A stretch of DNA of 64,000 bases from contig NC_057719.1 of NCBI RefSeq assembly GCF_004010195.1, positions 16,111,744-16,175,743 of the forward strand, given 5' to 3'. Origin of the DNA: Chiloscyllium plagiosum. Taxonomy: Eukaryota. The notes under the pieces were generated by a model. That model did no database searches and was not told where the DNA came from. It saw only the letters and a program-made list of their open reading frames with translations. Made by a program: the position numbers and the translations under genes. Shown here piece by piece: positions 52,675 through 64,000 of the stretch (positions are counted from its first letter, which is position 1; every line of letters starts with the position of its first letter).

Positions 52675-55139
52675 TGACCTCCAACAACCACAAGCATCTT
52701 CCAATGTGCCATGTATGACTCCAACCACCCGAGAGTTTGTCCCCTGATACCTATTGATTTCAGTTTCAGGGCTGCTTGATGCCTTATTCGGTCAAATGCA
52801 GCTTTAATGTCAAGAGTTTTCACTCTCACCTCACCTCTGGAATTCAGCGCTCTTGTCCATGTTGGAACCAAGGCTGTAATGAGATCAGGAGCTGAGTGGC
52901 CCTGGCAGAGCCAACATTGGGCATCACTGAGCGGGTTATTGCTGAGCAAGGGCTGCTTGATAGCACTGTTGATGACACCTTCCTTCACTTTACTGATGAT
53001 TAAGAGTAGACTGATGGGGCAGTAATTGGCCAGTTTGGATTTTTCCTGCTTTTTATGTTGAGGACATACCTGAACAATTTTCCACTTTGTTGGTAGGTGC
53101 CAGTGTTATAACTGTACTGGAAGAACTGCCTAAGGGAGTGGCAAGTTCTAGAGCACAAGTCTTCAGTACTATTGCCAGAATGTTGTCAGGGCCAACAGCC
53201 TTTACATTATCCAGTGTCTCAAACCGTTTCTTGATGTCACATGGGGTGAATCAAATTGGCTGAAGACTGTAATGCTGGGGACCACTGGAGAAGGCCAAGC
53301 TGGATCATCCTCTCAACATTTCTGGCTGAAGATTACTATGAATAATTCTGCCTTTTTTTTTGCACTGATGTGCTGGGCTCTTCCATGATTGAATATGGGA
53401 TATTTGCGGAGCCTCCTCCTCCAGTGAGTTGTTTAATTGTTCACGACTGTTCACAATTGGATGTGGCAGGACTGCAGAGCTTAGGTCTGATCTGCTGGCT
53501 GTTGGATCGTTTAGCTCTGTCTATCGCTCTCTACAAGTAGTCCTGTTTGGTAGCTTCATCAGGTCGATACCTCATTTTTACACATGCCTAGTGTTGCTCC
53601 TGCACTATCCATTGAACCTACCATCTTCTAATAGTCTTTGTAATAACGTAACAACTGTATAACTTGGACCTGACATCTACCATGCTTGAAACCTTTTCCA
53701 TTAGTCTATCTTTCCCTTAACATGTTGGACAAGGCAAGACCTGTAGATCCCACCCCAAAAGAAGGATGGTGGCAAGAAATTTACCTAATTATGATAATGA
53801 ATTCAGCGAGCACAAACAAAATGATGAGTGGTGGAGTGGAGTTAATGTGCAACATTGTGTATTGCTTTGTCTTACAACACATGCCAACTAGTCCACCAAA
53901 TCATCTGACTTGCAATGGCAACACAATCTTTTACATGCATGTTGTAAATGGAGCTATGAATAGTGATGATAGAGGATTCAATTTCTTTCCATCACATTGC
54001 TAACCAGGAATGTTTTTCATTGTTATCACCAGCCATGGATTTACAAATTTGTCTGAACTATGAATTGGTCATCAAAGTCCTGGAGTGGAAATTGATTCCA
54101 GAGCTCCTGGTTCAGAGGTAGGCGCACTACCCATTGATTTCTTGGTTTGGTGCAAATCGACATGCATTGTTTGATCAAATCAAACTGCCACGTCAGTGAC
54201 TTAGTCCTTTCCTGTATTTTGGTCATTACTTTATCTTCTTTCAATCACACCTCTCTGAAAAATGAAACAATATCATGACAAGAATAAACTGGTCAAAGTC
54301 CAAAACACTCCTTATGTATACTCATATTGTTGGAGAAGGGAAGGGGTGGGGGGGCGGGGGGGAAGGGGGGATGATTAACTAGGGTTAACTAAAGCAGAGT
54401 AGGCTACTGGGCTACCAGGAAAGCATGGCATAGATTAAATGGTTCTGGATTGTTCAGGAAAAAAACCAACACAGATACCTTCAGGCCAAATAGCTCCATT
54501 CTATGCTATAAACTTTAATGTCTTTCCACTCAATTAAACTGTTACCCTTCACACATCCTGAAAGCATTCATGAATTAACCAAAAAAGTGAACACGTCTTT
54601 CAAAACAATAAATTTGATGTTCAGAAGTTGTCTTAAACCTTTCAGCTGCAATTCTACCAAACCGTATTAGGTTGCAGTGAAAATCAAAGGTTTTGTTCCA
54701 TGTGGAATTCAATTCTGGTTTTAAAAAAAGGCTGCAGAGATATTCAGCTGCATTTTAAACCCAAAATAGGCAGGTTTGGAGTGGACTGATGTGGGTTGGT
54801 GGTGGTGGGCCGTGTTCGCTAAAGCCAGGAAGAAACTGTATTCCCATCTAAACATGCCTGTTTTGACATTAACTAAAGACAGAACATGGGAGGTGACTGG
54901 ATGACCAACCTGTTCCAAAGAGGTAGCATGAAACTCTAAATATATGGCCCGAGCCACCACTCTTCATATGCTAGTGGGTTTTTATATCTGCCTTGGCCTC
55001 TCTATAACACTTTGCATTTGCAAGCTAGTTTTGCCTGGCGTCTGACTACACTTTTAACATGTTTCTGAATACTGCACATATTACTTTGAATATACAACAC
55101 AGAAGCAGGATGAAGGAACTGAGGGCATTGTTATTAAAT

Positions 55140-56285
55140 GCAGATGTTGCAAAGATAGGAAGAGAGACAGGTAGTGTTGAGGAAGTGGAAGGCTGCAGAA
55201 GGACTAGGAGAGTGGGCAAAGAAGTGACAAATGGAATACAGTGTGTGAAAGTGTGAGGTTATGTGCTTCGGTAGGGAGAATAGAGGGGTAGACTATTTTC
55301 TAAATGGGGAAAGACTTCAGAAATCTGAAGCAGAAAGAGAGTTGGAAATCTTAGTTCAGAATTCTGTTCAGGTTAACAGACAGGTTCAGTTGGCAGTTAG
55401 AATCGCATATGCAATGCTAGCATTCATTTCCAGAAGGCTAGAATACAGAGGGCAAGGGATGTACTGCTGAGGCTTTATAGGGCTCTGGTCAGGCTGCATG
55501 TGGAATATTATGAGCAGTTTTGGACTCCATATCCAAGGAAAGAGGTTGACAAGAATAATCCTATGGATGGAGGGCTTGACATGAGAGGAGTGGTTGAGGA
55601 CTCTGGGTCTGTATGTAATGGAGTACAGAAGGATGAGAGAGGAACCTGATTTAAACTTACAGAATAATGAGAGGTCTGATTAGATTCACTACAGTGTGGA
55701 AGCAGGCCCTTCGGCCCAACAAGTCCACACCGACCCTCTAAAGAGTAACCCACACAGACCCATTTCCCTCTGACTAATGGACTTAAAACTATGGGCAATT
55801 TAGCCTGGCCAATGGGAGGAAGCCAGAGCAACTGGAGGAAACCCACGCAGATACAGGGAGAACATGCAAATTCCAGATAAATAGCTGCCCGAGGCTGGAA
55901 TCAAACCTGGGACCCTGGTGCTGTGAGGCAGCAGTGCTAACCACTGAGTCACCATGCCGTTGGAGAGAGTAGGCCTGGAGAAGATATTTTCACTAGTTGG
56001 AAAAACTAGCACCCAAGGGCACTGCCTCAGAATGAAGAGATAACCTTTTAGAACTGAGATGAGGAGGGATTTCTCCATTAGATCATGGTTAATGATTAAT
56101 CTTTGGAACTCATTCTCATAAAAGACTGTGGAGGCCAAGTTACTGAGTGTATTAAAACAGAGATGTTAAGGGTTACAGGAAGAAGGCAGGAGAATTGATT
56201 TGAGAAACGTATCAGCCTTGATTGAATGGCAGAGCAGATTCAATGGGCCAAATGGCCTAATTCTGCTCCCATATTTATGTTCTTA
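55140..56285 (+). mobile_element. Degenerate CR1 3' fragment with nested HE1 SINE (55677-55958, minus)
   Basis: YFLNGERLQKSE...AMLAFISRRLEYR; the SINE interrupts the CR1 sequence. Confidence 0.85.
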
Positions 56286-57852
56286 TTGCCTTATTTCCAC
56301 CCAATACCTTTATGCTAGAGTTTACATTTCACACATTTTCCTGAAAGCACAAATAACAAGGGCACAATGTAAAAATGAGGTACTTACGCTGGAAAAGAGA
56401 AATTGTTTTCACTCGTCCTCTAACACAAAAAGGTACGTAGTTTGAGGAATAAGTCAGTGGGAAAGTTCACGACATTCACTAAAAAGAATGGCATAGACAA
56501 TGGATTTCTGAAATATTTAACTAGTGAGAATTGTGGAATTGATTTATGAAAATGAATGAGCTTTTTAATTCTGATAAAAACTTTCCTGTTCCTAAAATAT
56601 CAGGCAGTTTCATAACAACTGAAACAAATGGGAGTAAGTATAAATTCCAACACAACAGCTGAACCTGCATAATATCGACCTACTCTGTCAATATAAATTT
56701 GGCCTTCATTCCCTGTAGACTTTGGCACACATCCAAGGAATATCTTGATTGAATAGGAGGAGGAAGGTTTCAAGTATTGTCCAGACAGATTATCAATGAA
56801 CAACATTCTCTTTCCTCAGTTATTGTTTCTCCACATTGACACTGAAAATGAAAGCAACTAACAAGAATCCAGAGAATGTATATTCCTGTCAGGGTGAAAG
56901 GAAAGGCTGGTAGGTATAGGGATTGCTGGATGACTAAAAACATTGAGGGTTTGGTTACGGAAAAAAAGGAAACATATGTCAGGTATAGACAGGATAGATG
57001 GCACGGTGGCAGTGGGCGGCACGGTGGCACAGTGGTTAGCCTCCACATTGACACTGAAAATGAAAGCAACTAACAAGAATCCAGAGAATGTATATTCCTG
57101 TCAGGGTGAAAGGAAAGGCTGGTAGGTATAGGGATTGCTGGATGACTAAAAAAATTGAGGGTTTGGTTACGGAAAAAAAGGAAACATATGTCAGGTATAG
57201 ACAGGATAGATCGAGTGAATCCTTAGAAGAGTATAAAGAAAGTAGAAGTACACTTAAGAGGGAAATTAGGAGGGCAAAACAGTGACATGAGATAGCGTTG
57301 GCAAATAGAATTAAGGAGAATCCAAACGGTTTTTGCAAATATATTAAGGACAAAAGGATAACTAGGAAGAGAATAGGGCCCCTCAAAGATCAGCAAGGCG
57401 GCCTTTGTGTGGAGCCACAGAAAATGGGGGAGATACTAAATGAGTATTTTGCATCAGTATTTACTGTGGAAAAGGATATGGAAGATATAGACTGTAGGGA
57501 AATAGATTGTGACATCTTGCAAAATGTCCAAATTACAGAGGAGGAAGTGCTAGATATCTTGAAACTGTTAAAGGTGGATAAATCCCCAGGACCTGATCAG
57601 GTGTACCCGAGAACTCTGTGGGAAGCTAGAGAAGTGATTGCTGGGCCGCTTGCTGAGATATTTGTAAAATCAATAGTCACAGGTGAGTTGCCGGAAGACT
57701 GGAGGTTGGCAAACGTGGTGCCACTGTTTAAGAAGGGCGGTAAAGACAAGCCAAGGAACTATAGACCGGTGAGCCTGACCTCAGTGGTGGGCAAGTTGTT
57801 GGAGGGAATACTGAGGGACAGGATGTACATGTATTTGGAAAGGCAAGAACTG

Positions 57853-58074
57853 TTCAAAGTTTGTGAGAAGATTTGTAGCTCAGGTGCTCGTTGTTGTAGT
57901 TCCAGTTGTCAGTTTCAGCCGGAACCGGAAGCGGCAAATTCAAACCACTATAAATACCAGAGGAAACATCACAGAAGCGCTTTACAGGAGGCTCCCAAGC
58001 ACTGAGGATGTCACCTAGACAAGGGACGAAACGTCTGCAACACAAATTCCCAGCTCGGCGAACATAACCATAGC
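57853..58074 (+). mobile_element. Family-C PLE-like terminal repeat with TATA box and hammerhead motif, inserted in CR1
   Basis: TSD AGGCAAGAACTG at 57841-57852 and 58075-58086; TATAAATA then GCA-CTGAGGA-TGTCACC-TAGACA-AGGGAC-GAAACGTC-TGC. Confidence 0.8.
57999..58038 (+). ncRNA. Candidate minimal type-I hammerhead ribozyme (predicted GUC cleavage after 58035)
   Basis: CUGAGGA and GAAA core, stem I GCA/UGC, imperfect stem II, palindromic ACGU in place of stem III. Confidence 0.65.
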
Positions 58075-60651
58075 AGGCAAGAACTGATTAGGGATAGTCA
58101 ACATGGCTTTGTGTGTGGGAAATCATGTCTCACAAACTTGATTGAGTTTTTTGAAGAAGTAACAAGGAAGATTGATGAGGCAGAGTGGTAGATGTAATCT
58201 ATGTGGACTTCAGTAAGGCGTTCGACAAGGTTCCCCATGGGAGACTGATTAGCAAGGTTAGATCTCATGGAATACAGGGAGAACTAGCCATTTGGATACA
58301 GAACTGGCTCAAAGGTAGAAGACAGAGGGTGGTGGTGGAGGGTTGTTTTTCAGACTGGAGGCCTGTGACCAGTGGTGTGCCACACGGATTGGTGCTAGGT
58401 CCTCTACTTTTTGTCATTTACATAAATGGTTTGGATTCGAGCATAAGAGGTACAGTTAGTAAGTTTGCAGATGATACCAAAATTGGAGGTGTAGTGGACA
58501 GCGAAGAGGGTTACCTCAGATTACAACAGGATCTGGACCAAATGGGCCAATGGGCTGAGAAATGGCAGATGGAGTTCAATTCAGATAAATGTGAGGTGCT
58601 GCATTTTGGGAAAGCAAATCTTAGCAGGACTTATACACTTAATGGTAAGGTCCTAGGGAGTGTTGCTGAACAGAGAGACAGGTTCATGGCTCCATGGAGC
58701 TATGAGTGCAGGTTCATAGCTCCATGAAAGTGGAGTCGAAGGTAGATAGGATAGTGAAGGCGGCGATTGGTATGCTTTCCTTTATTGGTCAGAGTATTGA
58801 GTACAGGAGTTGGGAGGTCATGTTGCAGGTGTACAGGACATTGGTTAGGCCACTGTTGGAACACTGAATTTAATTCTGGTCTCCCTGCTATAGCAAGAAT
58901 GTTGTGAAACTTGAAAGGGTTCAGGAAAGATTTGCAAGTATGTTACCAGGGTTGGAGGATTTGAGCTACAGGGAGAGGCTGAACAGGCTGGGGCTGTTTT
59001 CCCTGGAAAGTTGTAGGCTGAGGGGTGACCTTATAGAGGTTTACAAAATTATGAGGAGCATGGATAGGATAAATAGACAAAGTCTTTTCCCTGGGGTCGG
59101 GGAGTCCAGAACTAAAAGGCATAGGTTTAGGGTGAGAAGGGAAAGATATAAAAGAGACCTAAGCGGCAATGTCTGCACGCAGAGGGTGATACGTGTATGG
59201 AATGAACTACCAGAGGATGTGGTGGAGGCTGGTACAATTGCAACATTGAAGAGGCATTTGGATGGGTATATGAATAGGAAGGGTTTGGAGGGATATGGGC
59301 TGGGTGCTGGCAGGTGGGACTAGATTGGGTTGTGATATCTGGTTGGCGTGGACGGGTTGGACCGAAGGGTTTGTTTCCATGCTGTACATCTCTATGACTC
59401 TATGACTCTATAACTCCTCGTGTTCAAACCCCTTCATAGTCTCATTTCTTCCTAACTCTGTGATCTCTTCCAGCACTACAATTGTCCAGAATTATACTTT
59501 TATCCAATTCTGGTCATCTTGTACATCCCCTTCCATTGGCATGTGCCTTCACTCTTCAACTGTGGATATCACTCTCAATGCATTTCCAAGTGTTTTTATT
59601 ACATCAAAACCCTCAAAAAAATTTTAATCAAGCTTTTGGTCATTTGGCCCAATGTCAATTTCTGAGTGATAACCTTCATGGAAGCACCTTGAGATGCTTT
59701 ATTAAATTAGAGGTTCTGTTGTTGAATTATCCTTCTCATGTCCGTGTGCTAACTCTGTTCCACCTGTTGTCTGCATATGGCCAAGACCTTCCTTTAAACT
59801 TCGCCGCTCTGCCACCATAATTTCCAGAGAATGAAAACCCATGTGGAAGTTAAAGCATGTCACTACATGAAGCTGACCATACAATTCTCCCAATGTGCTT
59901 GACAACATTACTTCCCGAAATAGCATCACCATTTGGAATCCGACTTTACGTAAAATATGCGCTGTTGCATTTGCCAACACAATAGTAGTCAATAAACTAT
60001 GGAGTAACTCACCATATGTGAAGTAGTTTACATAAAATGACATTTTTTTCTTTCCTAGTCACTCTGCCTGTTTTTGGTTTGCTTGCACACTTATGTTCAC
60101 TTCTGTATCCAAGCGGTATACATTGTACTAAAATAACAATATTCAATTTCCTCTGGTCCTCCACTTAATAACTCCCTGTTTACCACTACAAACCTCGCAG
60201 ATACTTTCCAATAACTATATTCTGTGTAGTTTTCATGTTTTAATCTGTACTCTTGTGTTCTCTTTTATTTCCACGGGCTTTTATATGATTTGTATTTAAG
60301 TCAAATTTATCACATTGTGTTCTAACTTATTTGTAATGCCTTCAAAAAAGTCATTGAGGTTTAACAAATATGATTATCCATTTCTAAATTCTGTTGGTTG
60401 AATCTTACTAAAATAGTTTTTCCTTACTTTCTTCCTGTAGCTTTCAAAATAAACAATTTAATCTGGGGATTGTTGACATACATCTTTTTATTAGCTTATT
60501 AAATGTACTCACTTCCTGGTTTCAAAGTCCTCTGGATTACTCATGGTATTGCAATAATCAGAACTGTATTTGCAACCAACATAATTCCCTCCTTACTGAA
60601 ATCTGCTACAAAATGATACTTTAGAAATTAGACAAAAGCTCCTTCCTCTTC

Positions 60652-60805
60652 ATAGAATCATAGAGTCATACAGCACAGAAACAGACCCTTCATTCCAACC
60701 ATTCCATGCCAATCATAATCCCAAACTAAAAGACTCCCACTTGCCTGCACTTGGCTCATACCCCTCCAACTATTCATGTACTTATCCAAATGTCTTTTAA
60801 ACATT
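60652..60805 (-). mobile_element. CR1 3'-end fragment (a similar one lies at 61762-61910)
   Basis: CATAGAATCATAGAGTCATACAGCACAGAAACAGACCCTTC is the reverse complement of the CR1 tail. Confidence 0.8.
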
Positions 60806-63499
60806 ACACTATTACTTTTATTTTACATTCCCAACCATTATTTTGTTGTTTTGATCCAGGAAAGAATTTTATTGAACATTAAACTATACTTAATAATTTA
60901 ATCATCTTTTTTATGTAAATTGTTCCGATTCTTATTTTACCCATGCAGAAAATGTTTATGACTATCCATTTGGAATTATATTCCTGTCCTGGAGCTAATT
61001 GAATTCTTTAAGGAAGGGTACACTGCATTTGTGCCGATTCAATTATGAGGCATTAGAAATATTTGATTTTCATTCGTGGTTGCTACAGATTTGGATAACA
61101 TGTTCCTTTTTGCTCCCTAGAGTTGACATCCTTTCCTGTAAGCAAAGACCATGAAAGGAAAGGCAAGGACAAATTTGCACAAATGGCATGAAAGATGTTC
61201 AATATTTGCAACTTGAACTGCTGCCTGGTGCTGGTCATTGAAGGTTAAAAAAAACTTAGATACAATTTCATTATACGATGGCAGGACCTGTTTTTCTATG
61301 GTCAGTTAAGATCAGCCCAATTTAACTACAATTATCTTGGGATTTTGTGAAGCTCAATGGAAGTTACCACAAGTGGTAAGACAAACAATTTTGAAGACTT
61401 TGTGAGATTTCAGAGGGGCCATCAGAATGTATGGCTCTGTTTCTTCTGTTGAAAATACGTGCTATAAAGTTATCAACAATAACCTGCCTTTAAAGTAGTG
61501 CCATTAACATATAAAAGACACCCAAGGCATTTCACAGAAATATAACATAGCAGTTGAGTGTTGTAAATGTCAAATTCCTTGTTTTATTATCCTCAGAATT
61601 TGGGCAATACTGACAGAGCCATGTTTCTGCCTTTCCTGATTTGTCCTCAGATTATTTATAAGAGTAATTTCAGAGTCTAGAGTGCTACTGGATAGGAATC
61701 ACACATACTGGGACAAGGTAGGTGTGCCATTTAAAGGTGCTAACACTACTATTATCAGACTTAGAGTCATAGAGGTTTACAGCATGGAAACAAGCCCCTT
61801 GGCCCAATGTTTCCATGCCACCCAATTTTCATCATTAGTCTAGTCCCATTTGCCTGCATTTGTTTCATATCCCTCCATAATTATCCCATCCATGTTCCAG
61901 TCCAAATGTTTCACCGTCTCAGTTTTGTCACTGAGGTGGTGATTGCCAATAACATTTGGGCAAATTTCCCGAGTGTATGCAATTTTCCCATACTCTTCCA
62001 CCACCATACTATTCCATATTATTATTGTTTGAGAGTTATCTGCATTGAGTTTGATTTGGCAATTTAGTTTCACCAATTGAAATAATTGTCAAACTCAAAC
62101 CGGTTGAAATAGCTGTCAGCTGTTTTTCTTTGTTTCAAAACTGATGACATTTTTTTATCTGTGATCCAGCCAACAGTGCAAAGCTGGTTTAAACAATAAG
62201 CTTTATGGAAAGGTATTGTGAAATAGCAATTTGCAACAGAACTGTAGACGTGGAGCAGTCTTATGTTCTTTTTACGGTAAGAACATTTCTTTAAAGAAGA
62301 ATTTCACTTCCTCATGTCTAACCTGCTAGCCCAAGTTGTCTCTGATTAGTTGTCACGATATCTATTCCCACTTTCACATGAAAGCAACATTCTTATAGTG
62401 TTGCATCATCACATATTTGTAATTCACGACCTGCTCACTTGACAAGGTAATTTACAATTGTGTTGTAACTAGGCACAAACATGATCATGTTATCAAATTT
62501 TCCAGAACACATTCTACTTCTATTTTCTGACCTGCCAACTGATCACAAACATCACAATTTTGTTTTCTTTTTACACTTCAGGATTTTTGATAGACAAGAA
62601 AGGCAAAGATTGTGGATACAGATAGGAAGGTGGCGTCGAGACCAAAACCAGATCAGCCCTGATCCCATTTGATTCCACATATGTATTATGTTAATGACCA
62701 GATAAATGGTTTATTGCTATGTAGATTGAGAGACAAATATTAGTTATGATACTACTTCTCTGAAGTACTATTATGGGATCACTTATACCCACATGAGAGG
62801 TCAGAGAGTGTCTCAGTTTACATCTCATCGAAACGATGGCACCTCTGACAGTGCAGCACCATCTCAGCACACATGGAATTCTCAGCATGGATTAGTGAGC
62901 TCAACAAGCCCTGAAGAACTTGAACCCACAACAAACTGAACCACAGCTCCTCATGGGAGCTAATGTTGGGAAATAACATAAGGGCAAGAATTTCCCAAAA
63001 ACCGATTGAGATTATGCCCAAAAAACGATGACTGAACAATGAGGTTCTAGATATTGCATTATGATTGTTGTGTTTACCAATGTCGAAGGGGTTGCATTGA
63101 CTATCTTGTCATTTTAGAATTTTAAGGAATGACATGGGATGCTTGAAAGACCGAATGATCCACACTTGTTCAAAAGTCCAACGTTTCGCAGGGGTCCTTC
63201 AGATGATGGGAAAGTGATGTCCCTCATACAAGCATCATAACTCTAAGGACTTTCTCATGAGGCAATGTTTCTGCTGCCTGATAAGTGAGCAGATTTTAGT
63301 GAAAGTTGGAAACATTCATGTCTGGTCAGAAAACTATAGCTTCACACCCATTGCAGGAATTAAGCATGAAACTGACACTATTATTCTTGGTGCTGTCTTT
63401 CAGATGAAATGTTTAACCTTTTCTGCTGGTGTGAAGTAGAAAAAAAAAGATGAAGCATGACTATGAGAACTTTTCCAGCATCCAATCAACACCATCTAA

Positions 63500-63630
63500 A
63501 CAGTTCTGAAGACGAGTCACTGGACTTGAAACCTGTTTCTCTCTCCATAAATGCTGCCAGACGTGCTGAGTTTCTCCAGCAATCTCTGTTTTTGTTTCAG
63601 ATTTCCAGCATCAGCAGTTTCTTAGATTTT
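63500..63630 (+). mobile_element. Family-D repeat with decayed hammerhead motif
   Basis: GTT-CTGAAGA-C-GAGTC-ACTG-GACTT-GAAAC followed by the family tail ATGCTGCCAGACGTGCTGAGTTTCTCCAGCAA. Confidence 0.7.
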
Positions 63631-64000
63631 TTTTACCTTCTCAAGGGATTAGCTTTGCCATTCTGGTTTGTGCTATGTTTGTCCGTGTAACCTCAGTAAC
63701 AACACTTTGAAAATAGTAAATTAGCTGTGAGTACTTTGCAATGACCTAAGGATGTGAACAATGCTATTGAAATACAAGTTCTTTCTTTAGCTATTTAGAT
63801 AAAAGGAGGAAGTCTCATTGAGTATGTTACTTATGAGTTGCTCTTTAATAGAATGTTACATTGCCATGACCAGTAGACACCCCAAGGTGTTTTACTGCAA
63901 GTGATGGTATTTTCAGAATATAGAAATTACGGCAGCCAGTTGTGTACAGTCAGGTCCCACATACACTATATGTCTATGATCAGATCATCTGTTTTTGTCC

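Larger units (their letters stand above)
48520..53590 (-). mobile_element. Old LINE (RT-bearing) split by a nested CR1 insertion
   Basis: Left part has GMFADDCTMF; right part has GHSAPDLITALV...LDIKAAFDRIRH. The two parts appear contiguous across 49477-52674. Confidence 0.8.
56860..59412 (+). mobile_element. CR1 (HER1-like) LINE, same subfamily as 39235-41505
   Basis: ORFs 57298-58005, 58185-58727 and 58904-59323 with CR1 RT motifs; CTATGACT-repeat tail. Confidence 0.96.

Noticed and set aside
59702..60043. 113-aa ORF as an exon of a neighbouring gene such as FBLN5
   Set aside because: No recognisable similarity to fibulin or any other protein and no convincing splice frame.

Overview
Repeat-rich eukaryotic DNA, most likely from a shark (inferred from HE1-type SINEs, HER1/CR1 LINEs and the Penelope-like repeat families). 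One host gene is visible: the 5' half of TC2N (tandem C2 domains, nuclear) on the minus strand. Six phase-compatible GT-AG coding exons lie at 20014-19926, 18503-18312, 13619-13449, 12783-12698, 5979-5904 and 2271-2186. A probable CpG-enriched first exon/promoter lies near 44.7-45.5 kb, and the remaining C2 exons must lie left of the window. The rest is intronic or intergenic DNA filled with CR1 and L2-like LINE fragments, tRNA-derived SINEs, two Tc1/mariner-type MITEs and many Penelope-like element (PLE) pieces. Two things stand out. (1) At least four distinct families of short PLE-derived repeats each carry a minimal hammerhead-ribozyme motif (CUGANGA, stem II, GAAA, palindromic tetramer, NUH) with covarying stem II. 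They occur as solo, inverted (hairpin) and tandem retrozyme-like insertions with target-site duplications, several in the sense orientation of the TC2N pre-mRNA. (2) TC2N lacks an ATG at the position homologous to the mammalian start and instead has a CTG in strong Kozak context two codons upstream. There is one assembly gap (4523-4986). Homology calls come from recalled sequence motifs, not database searches, and repeat boundaries are approximate.
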